From assembly GCA_021848965.1 (NCBI GenBank), contig JAJZTL010000001.1, positions 1,910 through 65,909 on the forward strand: a DNA stretch of 64,000 bases, written 5' to 3'. The position numbers were made by a program, and so were the translations under genes. The notes under the pieces were generated by a model. It saw only the letters and a program-made list of their open reading frames with translations. It had not been told where the DNA came from and ran no database searches. The stretch is from Pseudomonadota bacterium (lineage in GTDB: Bacteria > Pseudomonadota > Gammaproteobacteria > Legionellales > Legionellaceae). Below, one piece after another: positions 11,501-19,306 of the stretch (within the stretch, counting starts at the first letter, position 1; each line of letters begins with the position of its first letter).

Positions 11501-12904
11501 CAATTGACCAATAAGATAAAAACATTAATAGCACCACGCAATGAAATTGAACGCCGATTATGGGAAATTTGGAAAGAAGTACTCAAAACAGATCAAATTA
11601 GTGTCGAAGATTCTTTTTTTGAATTGGGCGGACACTCATTAGCCGCGTTACGATTTTCATCTCGTTTTCAAGCATCTTATTCCATGAGCTGCCCGATTTC
11701 TATGATTTTTAAATACAAAACAATTGCCGCATTAGCTGAAGCAATACTCAAAGAATCTCCTGAACTGCATAATGATATAAATATACAGTTAATGCATAAG
11801 GATATTCAACGTGCGAAAGCAATAGTAGAACCTATTAAGGGTGACATAAAAGCTCTACCAGAATGTATTTTGATTACAGGAGCACACGGCTTTTTGGGTG
11901 CACATCTATTACAGACTTTATTGTCAGAAACAACAGCTTCTATCATCTGCATCGTTCGCGCAGACTCTCCCGAAGCTCTACAGTTAAAAGTAAAAAAAGA
12001 TTTAGCGCGCTTTAATCTTGAAAAGCTTTCAGAGCATCCTCGTGTTGAATGGATGATAGGTGATTTAAGCCAACCCATGCTTGGATTACAAGAAAATGAA
12101 TACATCCATTTATGTCAGGTAGTTGATAGCATTTATCATTCTGGAGCGTGGGTAAATCATGTTTTGACTTATGAAAATTTACGCGCAACCAATGTGGAAA
12201 GCACATTAACATTCTTGCACATGGCTGCACTCTCTCGCCCTAAAGTGATTAATTATATTTCTACCGCGAATGTAAGCGATGTTATTGATAATCCAAACGC
12301 CTTAAATCAAGCACCAGGATATGTGCAAACTAAATGTGTCAGTGAAATGATTTTGCTTGAAGCAGAAAAAAAAGGATTTAATGTGCACATTTTTAGAATG
12401 GGTAATATTGCTGGACACTCACAAACAGGCGTTTGTGTCGCAGAAAATAATCATTCTTTGTCGGTAATCAAATCTTGCATTGAACTTGGAATTGCACCTG
12501 ACTGGACATTTCCAACAGAAATGATGCCGGTGGATCTTTTAAGCTTGGCCATTGTTCGTGCCTCATTGTGTACAAAATGCACCAGAATCCTGTGGAAATT
12601 GCATAATATTTATGCCCTTTCTTGGAAAGATTATATCCAGTATTTAAATACACTGGGATTTAACATAAAAATAGTGCCCTTAGAACAATGGAAAAACATA
12701 ATAAACCATATTGATGAAAGTAATGCCTTATTTCCTTTTAAAAGTTTTTATGTGAACGCAACATCAGAAAACGTATCGGACATGTTCACTGAGCAAAAAG
12801 GAATATTAGATGAAATTGATTTAGCATATCCACAAGATTATGCGGCAATGGTAAAACTATATTGGACATATTTAAAAGAAAGCGGATTTATACCCAAACA
12901 ATAA
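5540..12904 (+). CDS. Bimodular non-ribosomal peptide synthetase, C*-A-T-C-A-T-R (terminal thioester reductase)
   Basis: Motifs occur in order. C1: LSSAQKRIWF, with a degenerate His motif FHPLIIN at 5933-5953. A1: LAYVIYTSGSTGKPKG, NGYGPTE, YRTNDL, GRNDTQIKIRG, NGKID. T1: FFALGGHS, Ser 8444-8446. C2: HHIIFDG 8984-9004. A2: LAYIIYTSGSTGNPKG, NIYGPTE, YRTGDY, GRIDNQVKIRG, SGKVD. T2: FFELGGHS, Ser 11636-11638. R: TGAHGFLG 11876-11899, YVQTK. The track start 5522 is TTG, so ATG 5540 is preferred. Confidence 0.95.
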   Translation: MSSFSSNLPLSSAQKRIWFESLNTKSLQNHVMLAYELKGHLSIPALQQSLMQLVTENDIFRTTIFSAGKNLERIVHEHMSVDLKCLPVDPDNELYPTIQHLMEKPFNVSTGPLFRFALLQRSEDSFIFLLIFHPLIINTCEMKKVIREISHHYEKFLQGQTVIIEEKLSYSELVTYEKHYRTQSLYRDTIRHWSNRIKDKQYHLDLTKLPETEEIASQVRAKRLTLGTTFHTKLQLFCEQFSCTPEHVFLSTLQALLYRYSDTQDIVINRAEEIIYQENWKDLIGPMENILPWNVRITETMTFIELLKQNQQYDLFQKYYPHAHTADVVRAVRTRFNHHFDGFFSNVSFEKETIPYHELVLSNVSVKVLPQYISRTRQDDLQVFYDEHNGCFYLSFDYAPTLSARSVQNFVTHYELLLEELLKDPNQLLSRVKFLPFSEEKPAASFIPTRTIIEDFEQAVEQYPQHIALIDENTSLTYTQLNQAANQLAHYLQAKKVKPNDYIGLSIGRHVNMVVAIFGILKAGAAYVPLDPSYPKERLDFMKQDTQMTLVITEETFQDIQLSSFSTQNLITKPQLDDLAYVIYTSGSTGKPKGVLVPHRGLPNLAHYQNQLFSIHPTTRCLQTGSINFDISALEIYGPLIAGATLYIATHEQRTTPLQLQEYIIQHHIQVLAITPSVLSHFTWKDMPELLTIAACGEACDQKLMDFWAHNRTFINGYGPTEITIISHFKKYDTHTLFNNLGQTIPHVYAFILDTHKNLLPDGVPGEMFIGGIGVTKGYLNLSEQTQEKFIPSPFHPDETLYRTNDLAYRLENGDFIYIGRNDTQIKIRGLRVELGEIEEKIKTYPAIERVLVRVLSHETIGKVLVAYFIQDMFKKPIEENTLRHYLKALLPEHMLPSYFIRVPHFPMMRNGKIDYQALPNPFITSEYFDHEQCSKIEQVLIQIFAELFHLDEKALSLDHDFFALGGHSLLATQLISRTKQQLKLLLPVAKVFELRTIKKLAEYLSTLNNQATEDFPLLHKPSNEKVPLSLAQQEMWFLYQWDKSSPVSNNPFLIGLKQVNADILIRALHYLIQQNSIFRTVFKDSDQELRQIVLEKVKADIPFYESFDDFSSKLTQWDHTPFDLRLFPLFRFAVSLQNDITYLYCNIHHIIFDGWSLKILMQQLGKVYEALEQTLPLPILTTSYNFGDFAYSESQWIKDNKLVKQKEFWQSFLQGAEPTLNLPTDFPYPKTQNYAGDTVEIIIPKALTDSLRALALENKTTLFAVLLTAYFILLYRYTKQTDIIVGTPIAGRRLPELEPLIGFFAHISLYRQQLSPKKIFTELLGTVHQNACDVAENQAIAPNQILEALDIYVDPSQNSLFQVMFSLQTGHQLEGHLSGKSHHYHITERHQKTTKFDVYLFLNEMFNGELKGVVKYRTDLFTQLSMQHLCTHYLNVLQAIVENANASIADLTFLSYEEYQLLVNTWPYGEKRPLPEKTVLEMIKDVVQQDPELPALVFQKQSLTYAAFWERVENLARAIQRNIPPAPSFTKGEQGGGCIQTPIIGILMPRGFDMIIAMCAIWKAGGAYLPLDADYPEERSRYMLDNSGAKIIISVSLLAEKQKVYLDNDITFIQADLPLSPMKGKEEITGTLSPKRENKMSDLAYIIYTSGSTGNPKGVMLQHGGLSNLVKGLHEAYCMKKGMNVLQLVSINFDISVSDIFPALSIGACLHLATNELRVSAVDIQNYIVTHGIQLVEIVPALLESFEKKPLPCLETIATGGDFCEPNVMRYWGNQCRLVNIYGPTEVTVISSSKCYVEGESFHNIGRPLPNTETYILDEDFYPVPTGVIGEMFIGGQGVARGYLNREALTLERFVVHPFSDDPNARLYRTGDYARWLPNGDIEIVGRIDNQVKIRGYRIEIGEIETLLNAYPGIKQVAVITQKSQQLLLAYFSVTEEVDIQENALYRYLSAKLPEYMIPSSFIKLDTLPLNLSGKVDRKTLQAKEFQLTNKIKTLIAPRNEIERRLWEIWKEVLKTDQISVEDSFFELGGHSLAALRFSSRFQASYSMSCPISMIFKYKTIAALAEAILKESPELHNDINIQLMHKDIQRAKAIVEPIKGDIKALPECILITGAHGFLGAHLLQTLLSETTASIICIVRADSPEALQLKVKKDLARFNLEKLSEHPRVEWMIGDLSQPMLGLQENEYIHLCQVVDSIYHSGAWVNHVLTYENLRATNVESTLTFLHMAALSRPKVINYISTANVSDVIDNPNALNQAPGYVQTKCVSEMILLEAEKKGFNVHIFRMGNIAGHSQTGVCVAENNHSLSVIKSCIELGIAPDWTFPTEMMPVDLLSLAIVRASLCTKCTRILWKLHNIYALSWKDYIQYLNTLGFNIKIVPLEQWKNIINHIDESNALFPFKSFYVNATSENVSDMFTEQKGILDEIDLAYPQDYAAMVKLYWTYLKESGFIPKQ
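10108..10150. repeat. In-frame copy of the G/C-rich palindromic element inside NRPS A2 domain
   Basis: ATCCCCCCTGCCCCCTCCTTT-ACA-AAGGGGGAGCAGGGGGGAG, translated as IPPAPSFTKGEQGGG. Near-identical to 4281-4321. Confidence 0.75.
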
Positions 12905-12943
12905 CCAGCAAGAGTGAAGGTTATCTGACTATAGCTGTTGGCA

Positions 12944-14458
12944 TTAGGCTTCTTTCTTATTTTGACGATAACTAAAAGCCTCAGAAAGATTTTTGATGCT
13001 TATAGTATCTACACCATCTAAATCAGCTAATGTTCGAGCAACGCGTAAAATTCGATGATAGGATCTAGCTGAAAGTTTCAATCGTTGAATAGCCGTTTCA
13101 GCCAGTTCTAATTCTTTTTCACCTAATACACAATATTTTTCTAATGCTTTACCCGTTAAACGTGCATTATTTTTTCCTTGACGTTGTTCTTGGCATTTTT
13201 GTGCTGCGATAACACGTTGACGCACCTGTTCACTCGTTTCAGAGGGTAATACATCTTGAGTTGTTAGGGCTTCTTTTTTTAAAGCAGGAACATTAATAAA
13301 TAAATCAATTCTGTCCAGAAAAGGACCTGAAAGACGATTACGATAACTACGGATTTGTGCCGCAGAACAATGACAATCTTCCAATGGATTGCCCAAATGG
13401 CCGCAAGGACAAGGATTCATTGCACAAATTAGCTGAAATTGAGCGGGGTATTGTGCATGATGTGCAGCGCGAGCAATGGTAATATGTCCGGACTCCAGAG
13501 GTTCACGCAGTGTTTCTAAAGTTTTTCGGCTAAACTCTGGCAATTCGTCAAGAAATAATACTCCATGATGCGCTAATGAAATTTCACCTGGTTTCGGAGG
13601 ACTTCCACCACCCACTAAAGCAATAGATGAACTCGTGTGATGCGGCGTTCTAAAAGGACGTTGTTGCCATTGATTGGCATTAAATGCAATACCTCGAATA
13701 GATTGCAACGCTGCAAGTTCCAATGCTTCCTCAATTGATAATGGTGGTAGTAACGTCGGTAATCGCATAGCTAACATTGTTTTTCCTGTACCGGGTGGAC
13801 CTATCATTAAGAGACTATGTCCCCCTGCGGCAGAAATTTCCAGTGCTCTTTTCGCATGATATTGGCCACGCACCTCCGCTAAATCCACTGGATAATGGGA
13901 ATCTGATGAAAGCAGCATTGTCTCAAGTGCTTCCAACCTTTTTTTTCCCGAAAGATGCGCACATACGTCCAGCAAGTGATTCGCCCCATAATATTCACCC
14001 GTTTCCATCAATGCGGCTTCATGACTATTTTCCATTGGTAAAACACAAGCAGACTGACTTTTTTTGCATGCCAGTAACATAGGCAGCACCCCTTTAACAG
14101 AACGCAATGCTCCTGATAAAGTTAACTCGCCAATAAATTCATAATGATTAAATATTTCTTGAGAAACACAAAGCTGTTCCGATGCAATCAGAATAGCTAA
14201 CGCAATAGGTAGATCAAATCCACTACCAAATTTAGGCAAATCTGCAGGGCCTAAATTAATTGTAATGCGTCGAGGGGGAAACTCAAAATTACTATTAATA
14301 ATAGCACTTCGCACACGATCGGCACTTTCTTTGATTAAAGTTTCAGGTAAGCCGACAATAGAAAAACGAGGCAATCCATTAGAAACATGGGCTTCAACGG
14401 TAATGGGATGTGCTTGAATACCGACATTGGTTCGACTTTTTAAAATAGCGAGTGGCAT
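12944..14458 (-). CDS. comM: Mg-chelatase-like ATPase YifB/ComM
   Basis: N-terminal Lon-like domain (GLPRFSIVGLPE...FDLPIALAIL), Walker A GPPGTGKTM, FLDELPEF, Cys cluster CPCGHLG..CHC. Confidence 0.9.
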   Translation of the reverse strand: MPLAILKSRTNVGIQAHPITVEAHVSNGLPRFSIVGLPETLIKESADRVRSAIINSNFEFPPRRITINLGPADLPKFGSGFDLPIALAILIASEQLCVSQEIFNHYEFIGELTLSGALRSVKGVLPMLLACKKSQSACVLPMENSHEAALMETGEYYGANHLLDVCAHLSGKKRLEALETMLLSSDSHYPVDLAEVRGQYHAKRALEISAAGGHSLLMIGPPGTGKTMLAMRLPTLLPPLSIEEALELAALQSIRGIAFNANQWQQRPFRTPHHTSSSIALVGGGSPPKPGEISLAHHGVLFLDELPEFSRKTLETLREPLESGHITIARAAHHAQYPAQFQLICAMNPCPCGHLGNPLEDCHCSAAQIRSYRNRLSGPFLDRIDLFINVPALKKEALTTQDVLPSETSEQVRQRVIAAQKCQEQRQGKNNARLTGKALEKYCVLGEKELELAETAIQRLKLSARSYHRILRVARTLADLDGVDTISIKNLSEAFSYRQNKKEA

Positions 14459-14486
14459 GGTAACTCCGGGGTTGGATAAAATATAT

Positions 14487-14525
14487 TAGGGCGAATATTA
14501 GTTTTATGTAATAGCGCCCCTACAG
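14487..14525. repeat. Possible single REP unit (GTAGGGGCG... on minus strand)
   Basis: TAGGGCG-N24-CGCCCCTACAG. Its end matches the CCCCTACAG end of the REPIN doublets. Lies between the ubiK stop and the comM start. Confidence 0.3.
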
Positions 14526-14535
14526 AACGTAAATA

Positions 14536-14799
14536 TTATTCGTTCTCACAGCTCTTATTATCTCGGCTTTCTAAGACTTTTTCAAGCGCTTCGACACGCG
14601 CTCGTGTTGCTTGCAATACTTTGGTTTGAATATCAAACTCTTCTTTTGTTACCAAATCTAAGCGGCTGAAAGCTGCGGCAAGAACAGCTTTTAATTCATT
14701 ATGTAGGTCTTCTGGAACTTGTCGCATCGAATCGGGTAGTGCATCAAACAATTGCTGTGTCAGATTATCCAAAAAAGATTTATCTAAAAAATTGAGCAT
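14536..14799 (-). CDS. ubiK: Ubiquinone biosynthesis accessory factor UbiK (YqiC/BMFP family)
   Basis: Short coiled-coil protein: MLNFLDKSFLDNLTQQL...LVTKEEFDIQTKVLQATRARVEALE. ATG 14799 abuts the nadA stop at 14801-14803. Confidence 0.75.
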   Translation of the reverse strand: MLNFLDKSFLDNLTQQLFDALPDSMRQVPEDLHNELKAVLAAAFSRLDLVTKEEFDIQTKVLQATRARVEALEKVLESRDNKSCENE

Positions 14800-14800
14800 G

Positions 14801-16156
14801 TTAATTTTTCTCCGTAATTTCAATCATTTTTTCTAGTGCTTTTTTGGCATTTATTCTTATCCATTCTTGTTTATCCTGATTTAAACGCGTGCGCTTCCCA
14901 GAAAATTCATCAACAATATCGCCGGGTTGAACAAGATTGTAATCTAAATTTTTGCCCTGGCGTAGTAGATCGAGTAATCCTACAAGATGCGGAGGATCAT
15001 TGCGTGACATTGTGGCACATCCACATCCCATCGTTTTTTTACCGGAAGGAAGTGGTGCTTCGGCTAAATTAACGACTTGAATAGATTGATCAGAATTTAG
15101 TTCAGCTGCATAACGTTTTAAATTATCCACCATATGATTTTCTGTACCAACGGCATATTTTCCTGAAGGGCTTTGATTTTTTGCAATAAAATCCCAAATA
15201 AATGCCGTTGATCCTGACTGATCGGCAATACTAACCACGCTGTTCATACATTCAGGATGAACAATAGTAGTAAAGCCTTGCTTTTTCCAATATTCAACCA
15301 TATACGGTTCATAATACGTATGAACTGCACAAAAGCTGCTAAATAAAATTAACTTTGCACGATCAAACTGGTCTAGTGTTTTCTTATCTTGTGCCGCAAG
15401 TTGATAGTGAGCACCTGCGGTACCTCCTGGCCAATAAGCAATTTCCTCTGGAGGAATACCTAACCAATAAGCAACATTTTCTCCCATATAGCGATCGGGA
15501 ATAAAAAGCACTTTTTTATTCTGAGCAAAAGCCCACTGACAGATTTTCTTTACATTAGAACTAGTACAAACCGCCCCCCCTTGAGCTCCTGTCATCGCTT
15601 TAATACGCCCCGAAGTATTCATATAACAAACAGGCAAAATATTTTCTTTTCCATAGCGCTCGTTCAAATCGGTTAAAGCAGGCTCAACCATAAAATCCTT
15701 GGCCATCATCTCCATCGTACAACCTGATTTTGGATTGGTAATATACACATGTTGATTTTCATGTGCGAGTAAACTAATAGACTCCGCCATAAAATGCACT
15801 GCTGATTCAACAATCACAGACTTTTCAGGTTGTCGTGCCGCCATCAGCGCTAATTGATAAGAGTCTCCGATTTGACCACCAAAATGTTCAATAATCTGTA
15901 CAATTTCTCCACCCATATAATAATGAGCGAGTAACAGTAGTTGCTCTCCAAAATGATCTTGTGCCTTTTTAAGATAAGGTGTCATCCATTTTAAGATAGT
16001 TCCAATTTTTCTATCCGGCAAAGCCAAATACTCTTCTGCATAAGGCGCAAACTCTGTTTGATAATGATCCAATGGGTAATCTGCTTGACACAATGGCATA
16101 TCCATGGGCATCGTTAAATCGGAAATACGCGGCTCATAAAATACTTCTTTTTTCAT
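14801..16156 (-). CDS. nadA: Quinolinate synthase NadA (long form)
   Basis: AHYY motif, GDSYQLA, VHFMAES, three Fe-S Cys contexts (SGCTME, FCAVH, GCGCATM), HPEC. Confidence 0.85.
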   Translation of the reverse strand: MKKEVFYEPRISDLTMPMDMPLCQADYPLDHYQTEFAPYAEEYLALPDRKIGTILKWMTPYLKKAQDHFGEQLLLLAHYYMGGEIVQIIEHFGGQIGDSYQLALMAARQPEKSVIVESAVHFMAESISLLAHENQHVYITNPKSGCTMEMMAKDFMVEPALTDLNERYGKENILPVCYMNTSGRIKAMTGAQGGAVCTSSNVKKICQWAFAQNKKVLFIPDRYMGENVAYWLGIPPEEIAYWPGGTAGAHYQLAAQDKKTLDQFDRAKLILFSSFCAVHTYYEPYMVEYWKKQGFTTIVHPECMNSVVSIADQSGSTAFIWDFIAKNQSPSGKYAVGTENHMVDNLKRYAAELNSDQSIQVVNLAEAPLPSGKKTMGCGCATMSRNDPPHLVGLLDLLRQGKNLDYNLVQPGDIVDEFSGKRTRLNQDKQEWIRINAKKALEKMIEITEKN

Positions 16157-16260
16157 ATAATAATCTCAATAACATTAGTAATATAGAGTATCTGAATTCG
16201 CATTCTTCTGTCTATATGTTAAGCTATAGGTAACTTGAGAAAATAGTAATTAGGTTTTTT

Positions 16261-16929
16261 ATGGTAAAGTTACCTGAGAGTGAAATAAATAAAGAAATCG
16301 GGCAAAAAACACAAACCTCACTAGAAGGATACATTCATAAGGTTACTCAAGCACACACCAACAGTACAGATACTTTCGCTGTTGTAACAAATCCAAATCA
16401 GCCCCTTTTTGAGCTTAATGGCACTATCATTATACCATTGCCCGCAAAAAAATGTCCTGAAAATTTTGCTGAAAGCTTTCAGCAAAATCTCATACGCCTA
16501 GACTCAAAAACAAAAATAGATTTTGCAGGAAGCGTTACAGTTGGATTTATTTCTACAAAAAATTGTGTTCGCATTATCTTAAGTCAGAATGAAATTAATA
16601 TTCAACTAGGTGCTCATAATAAGCATGCAGCAGTAGATATAGCTGATATAGCTAAAATTGGCATTGCCGCAACTCAAGCAATTACACAGAATTCGGTACA
16701 AAAAAGCGTATTATTGGGCGTTTTTTCTGATGATAAACTTTTACAACTTACTCAAAGTTTACTAAAAGAACATGGTTTCTTGATAGAAAGTAATGCTGAA
16801 AAAAAAGAAGAGCCTGAGCCATCAAAAACTGATGCGGATATTTCTGAGGAAACAGCCCCACCAAAGAGCAAATCTTTGCACTTTTTTTCTTCGACAAAAA
16901 AACGAAAAACAAAAAAAGATAAAGATTAA
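16261..16929 (+). CDS. Hypothetical protein with polybasic C-terminus
   Basis: 222-aa ORF with no recognisable family. The tail is ...SSTKKRKTKKDKD. Confidence 0.55.
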   Translation: MVKLPESEINKEIGQKTQTSLEGYIHKVTQAHTNSTDTFAVVTNPNQPLFELNGTIIIPLPAKKCPENFAESFQQNLIRLDSKTKIDFAGSVTVGFISTKNCVRIILSQNEINIQLGAHNKHAAVDIADIAKIGIAATQAITQNSVQKSVLLGVFSDDKLLQLTQSLLKEHGFLIESNAEKKEEPEPSKTDADISEETAPPKSKSLHFFSSTKKRKTKKDKD

Positions 16930-16949
16930 GATATTATTTGATTTAACTC

Positions 16950-18527
16950 TTAGGTCCCAAATGCAGATCGGACACCCGAACTCATTTCTGTTTTTTCAAC
17001 AACATGCACGCAAATTTTTCCAGGTGACGAAACTTCAAATTGGCAAGCCGCTTGTTCCAATTGATTGCATGCCAAGTATATATTTTTCAAAGAAAGATTT
17101 TGACCATCTTGCGTAACAGCAACTCGCGATAAAGCGTGAATAACCTCTTTTTGCTTCTCTGTGTCAGCATGTTTTTCAAAAAAATGTTGCAACTGCCCTA
17201 ATATATTCACATGTTTCATCCAAGGACTATCAGAGGGATCCAATATGGTATGCTGCCTATCTTCTTTTAAGAGTGAAATTACATAGGTATTTCTCATTCT
17301 TTCCGAAAATTTTATTTCTCCATCCAATTTTCCACAAATAACTGTAATGATTGAATCTGGTAATACAGGAGGCTCATGCACTTGATTTGCTTGAATTTTG
17401 CGTAGATATCTAGCCCAGTAATAATCTGCATGTTTTTCTTTTTTACTTTCCAGTAAAATCATTTCACTCATAATTCGAAAACTTTGAGCTATTCTTTTCT
17501 TGTCACAGTTGCTGAGTGAAATCAGAGACAATGCATTATTTCCAATAATATTCCAGTCTTCACTTTGATAAAAAGTGCTATCATAAAACTCATTGTTTGC
17601 ATGTAACATAGGAATAGTGGTTCTTTGAATATCCAATCTAGACATAGTCTGCGTTATATCACTCAAAGCGCAATGAATTCTGACAGAATCACTCGAATAG
17701 TCCAATGGCAAAATAGTATGTATTTTCTGTGGAACTATTTCCGACATTAATAAGGCAGCTATTTCAAAAACAGTGTTTTGCATAGGTTTTCTATTCGGAG
17801 GCAAATGATTTAAAAATAGAGGCAGAGTACCACCAATAATGAAAACATCAATTAATTGCTCAATAATATTACGTTCATCTATAGTAAGCCTTCTTAACAT
17901 AGAGTTTAAAAATATCTTCAATGCTTCAGCACTTTTAATTTCATCATCTATACGATGATTTGTGAAAATCACATCGTGATAAAGAGTACATAGCGGCATT
18001 AATAGATAAACATGAAGAACATTTAATGCAGAAACTTTTCGTACATTCAGCAATTGATGCGCATCAAAAAACATTTCAACCGCATGTCGTAACTGATGAT
18101 AAATCAGAGAAAGATCTGACTGATTTTTATGCATTTTCATCCCAACATCTAAAAAAGCAGCCAGTATATTATGATTTAACGCGGCAAATCTTCCTACGGG
18201 CGAATGAGGTTCAACAAGAATATCTCTTATTTGCTGCAGAACAGCGGCATCTTGTCCTTCAATAACAACATCTACCATGGAAGATACATTGAAAGACACA
18301 TTAAAAAATTGTTCATTAAACTTTATTAAAGCATCATTTATTTCACTAATAGGTAAACTTTTTAACGCTGTTATCTTCTGTTTGATATCAAAAATCACTT
18401 CTGCATGCGCTTGTGAATTTTCTGCGACCAATCCCCATTTACCCAACTTAACGGCTATTTTACTTATTTGCAATTCTCTACTGCTGCTAGAAAAAATACT
18501 GGAACAACAAGACCAAGACCATTGCAT
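16950..18527 (-). CDS. Hypothetical protein (orphan, effector candidate)
   Basis: 525-aa uninterrupted ORF, 37 nt downstream of pdxH on the same strand. No recognisable motifs. Confidence 0.6.
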   Translation of the reverse strand: MQWSWSCCSSIFSSSSRELQISKIAVKLGKWGLVAENSQAHAEVIFDIKQKITALKSLPISEINDALIKFNEQFFNVSFNVSSMVDVVIEGQDAAVLQQIRDILVEPHSPVGRFAALNHNILAAFLDVGMKMHKNQSDLSLIYHQLRHAVEMFFDAHQLLNVRKVSALNVLHVYLLMPLCTLYHDVIFTNHRIDDEIKSAEALKIFLNSMLRRLTIDERNIIEQLIDVFIIGGTLPLFLNHLPPNRKPMQNTVFEIAALLMSEIVPQKIHTILPLDYSSDSVRIHCALSDITQTMSRLDIQRTTIPMLHANNEFYDSTFYQSEDWNIIGNNALSLISLSNCDKKRIAQSFRIMSEMILLESKKEKHADYYWARYLRKIQANQVHEPPVLPDSIITVICGKLDGEIKFSERMRNTYVISLLKEDRQHTILDPSDSPWMKHVNILGQLQHFFEKHADTEKQKEVIHALSRVAVTQDGQNLSLKNIYLACNQLEQAACQFEVSSPGKICVHVVEKTEMSSGVRSAFGT

Positions 18528-18564
18528 ATATTAAGAACCTTAAGAATGTAACTGCTAGTATACA

Positions 18565-19209
18565 TTATGGCGAGAGCCTTTCAAGAACCCAATGCATTTT
18601 TTCTTTTCTATAGCGAATTCTATCGTGAAGACGATTGTCACGCCCTTGCCAAAATTCTACTTCAACGGGGCTAACAGCGTACCCACCCCATTGTTTGGGG
18701 CGTAATATAGGCTCATTATTGCCATAACGTTTCGTTAGCTTGATAATTTGATTTTCTAATATTGCTCTATTCTCCAACACTTGGCTTTGATGAGAAGCAA
18801 CTGCACTTAACTGACTATTTCGAGGACGAGAAGCAAAATAAGTATCCGATGCTTCCGCTGACACTTTCTGAATTATGCCACGAATTTTGACTTGCCTTAC
18901 ACTATTAATCCAGAAAAAATTCAACGCTACTTTAGGATTTTTTGCTAACTCTCGTCCTTTAGAACTATCATAATGCGTATAAAAAATAAATTTTTCCTCT
19001 TCAATGCCTTTCAATAAAACTACACGCGCATCGGGCATACCAGATTCATCAACCGTTGCTACGGTCATTGCCGTTGGCTCAGATTCATCTGAAACAATTT
19101 CATCAAACCACTTTTTAAACTGAGTTATTGGCTCAGAAGCCATGTTTTCTTCTAATAAAGTACGCGTACCATATTCTCTGCGTATGGATGAAAGTAAAAT
19201 TTTTGTCAT
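18565..19209 (-). CDS. pdxH: Pyridoxamine 5'-phosphate oxidase
   Basis: MTVATVDESGMPDARVVLLKG, SRPRNSQLSA and the C-terminal WGGY...EFWQGRDNRLHDRIRY signature. Confidence 0.9.
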   Translation of the reverse strand: MTKILLSSIRREYGTRTLLEENMASEPITQFKKWFDEIVSDESEPTAMTVATVDESGMPDARVVLLKGIEEEKFIFYTHYDSSKGRELAKNPKVALNFFWINSVRQVKIRGIIQKVSAEASDTYFASRPRNSQLSAVASHQSQVLENRAILENQIIKLTKRYGNNEPILRPKQWGGYAVSPVEVEFWQGRDNRLHDRIRYRKEKMHWVLERLSP

Positions 19210-19306
19210 GCTTCGCTTCCCAGATTTTTCTTAACCATATTATAACCTATACTAGTGTATACTTGAAAAATTCAATGAATATTTTGATTTTATAACGAGG
19301 TGATTT

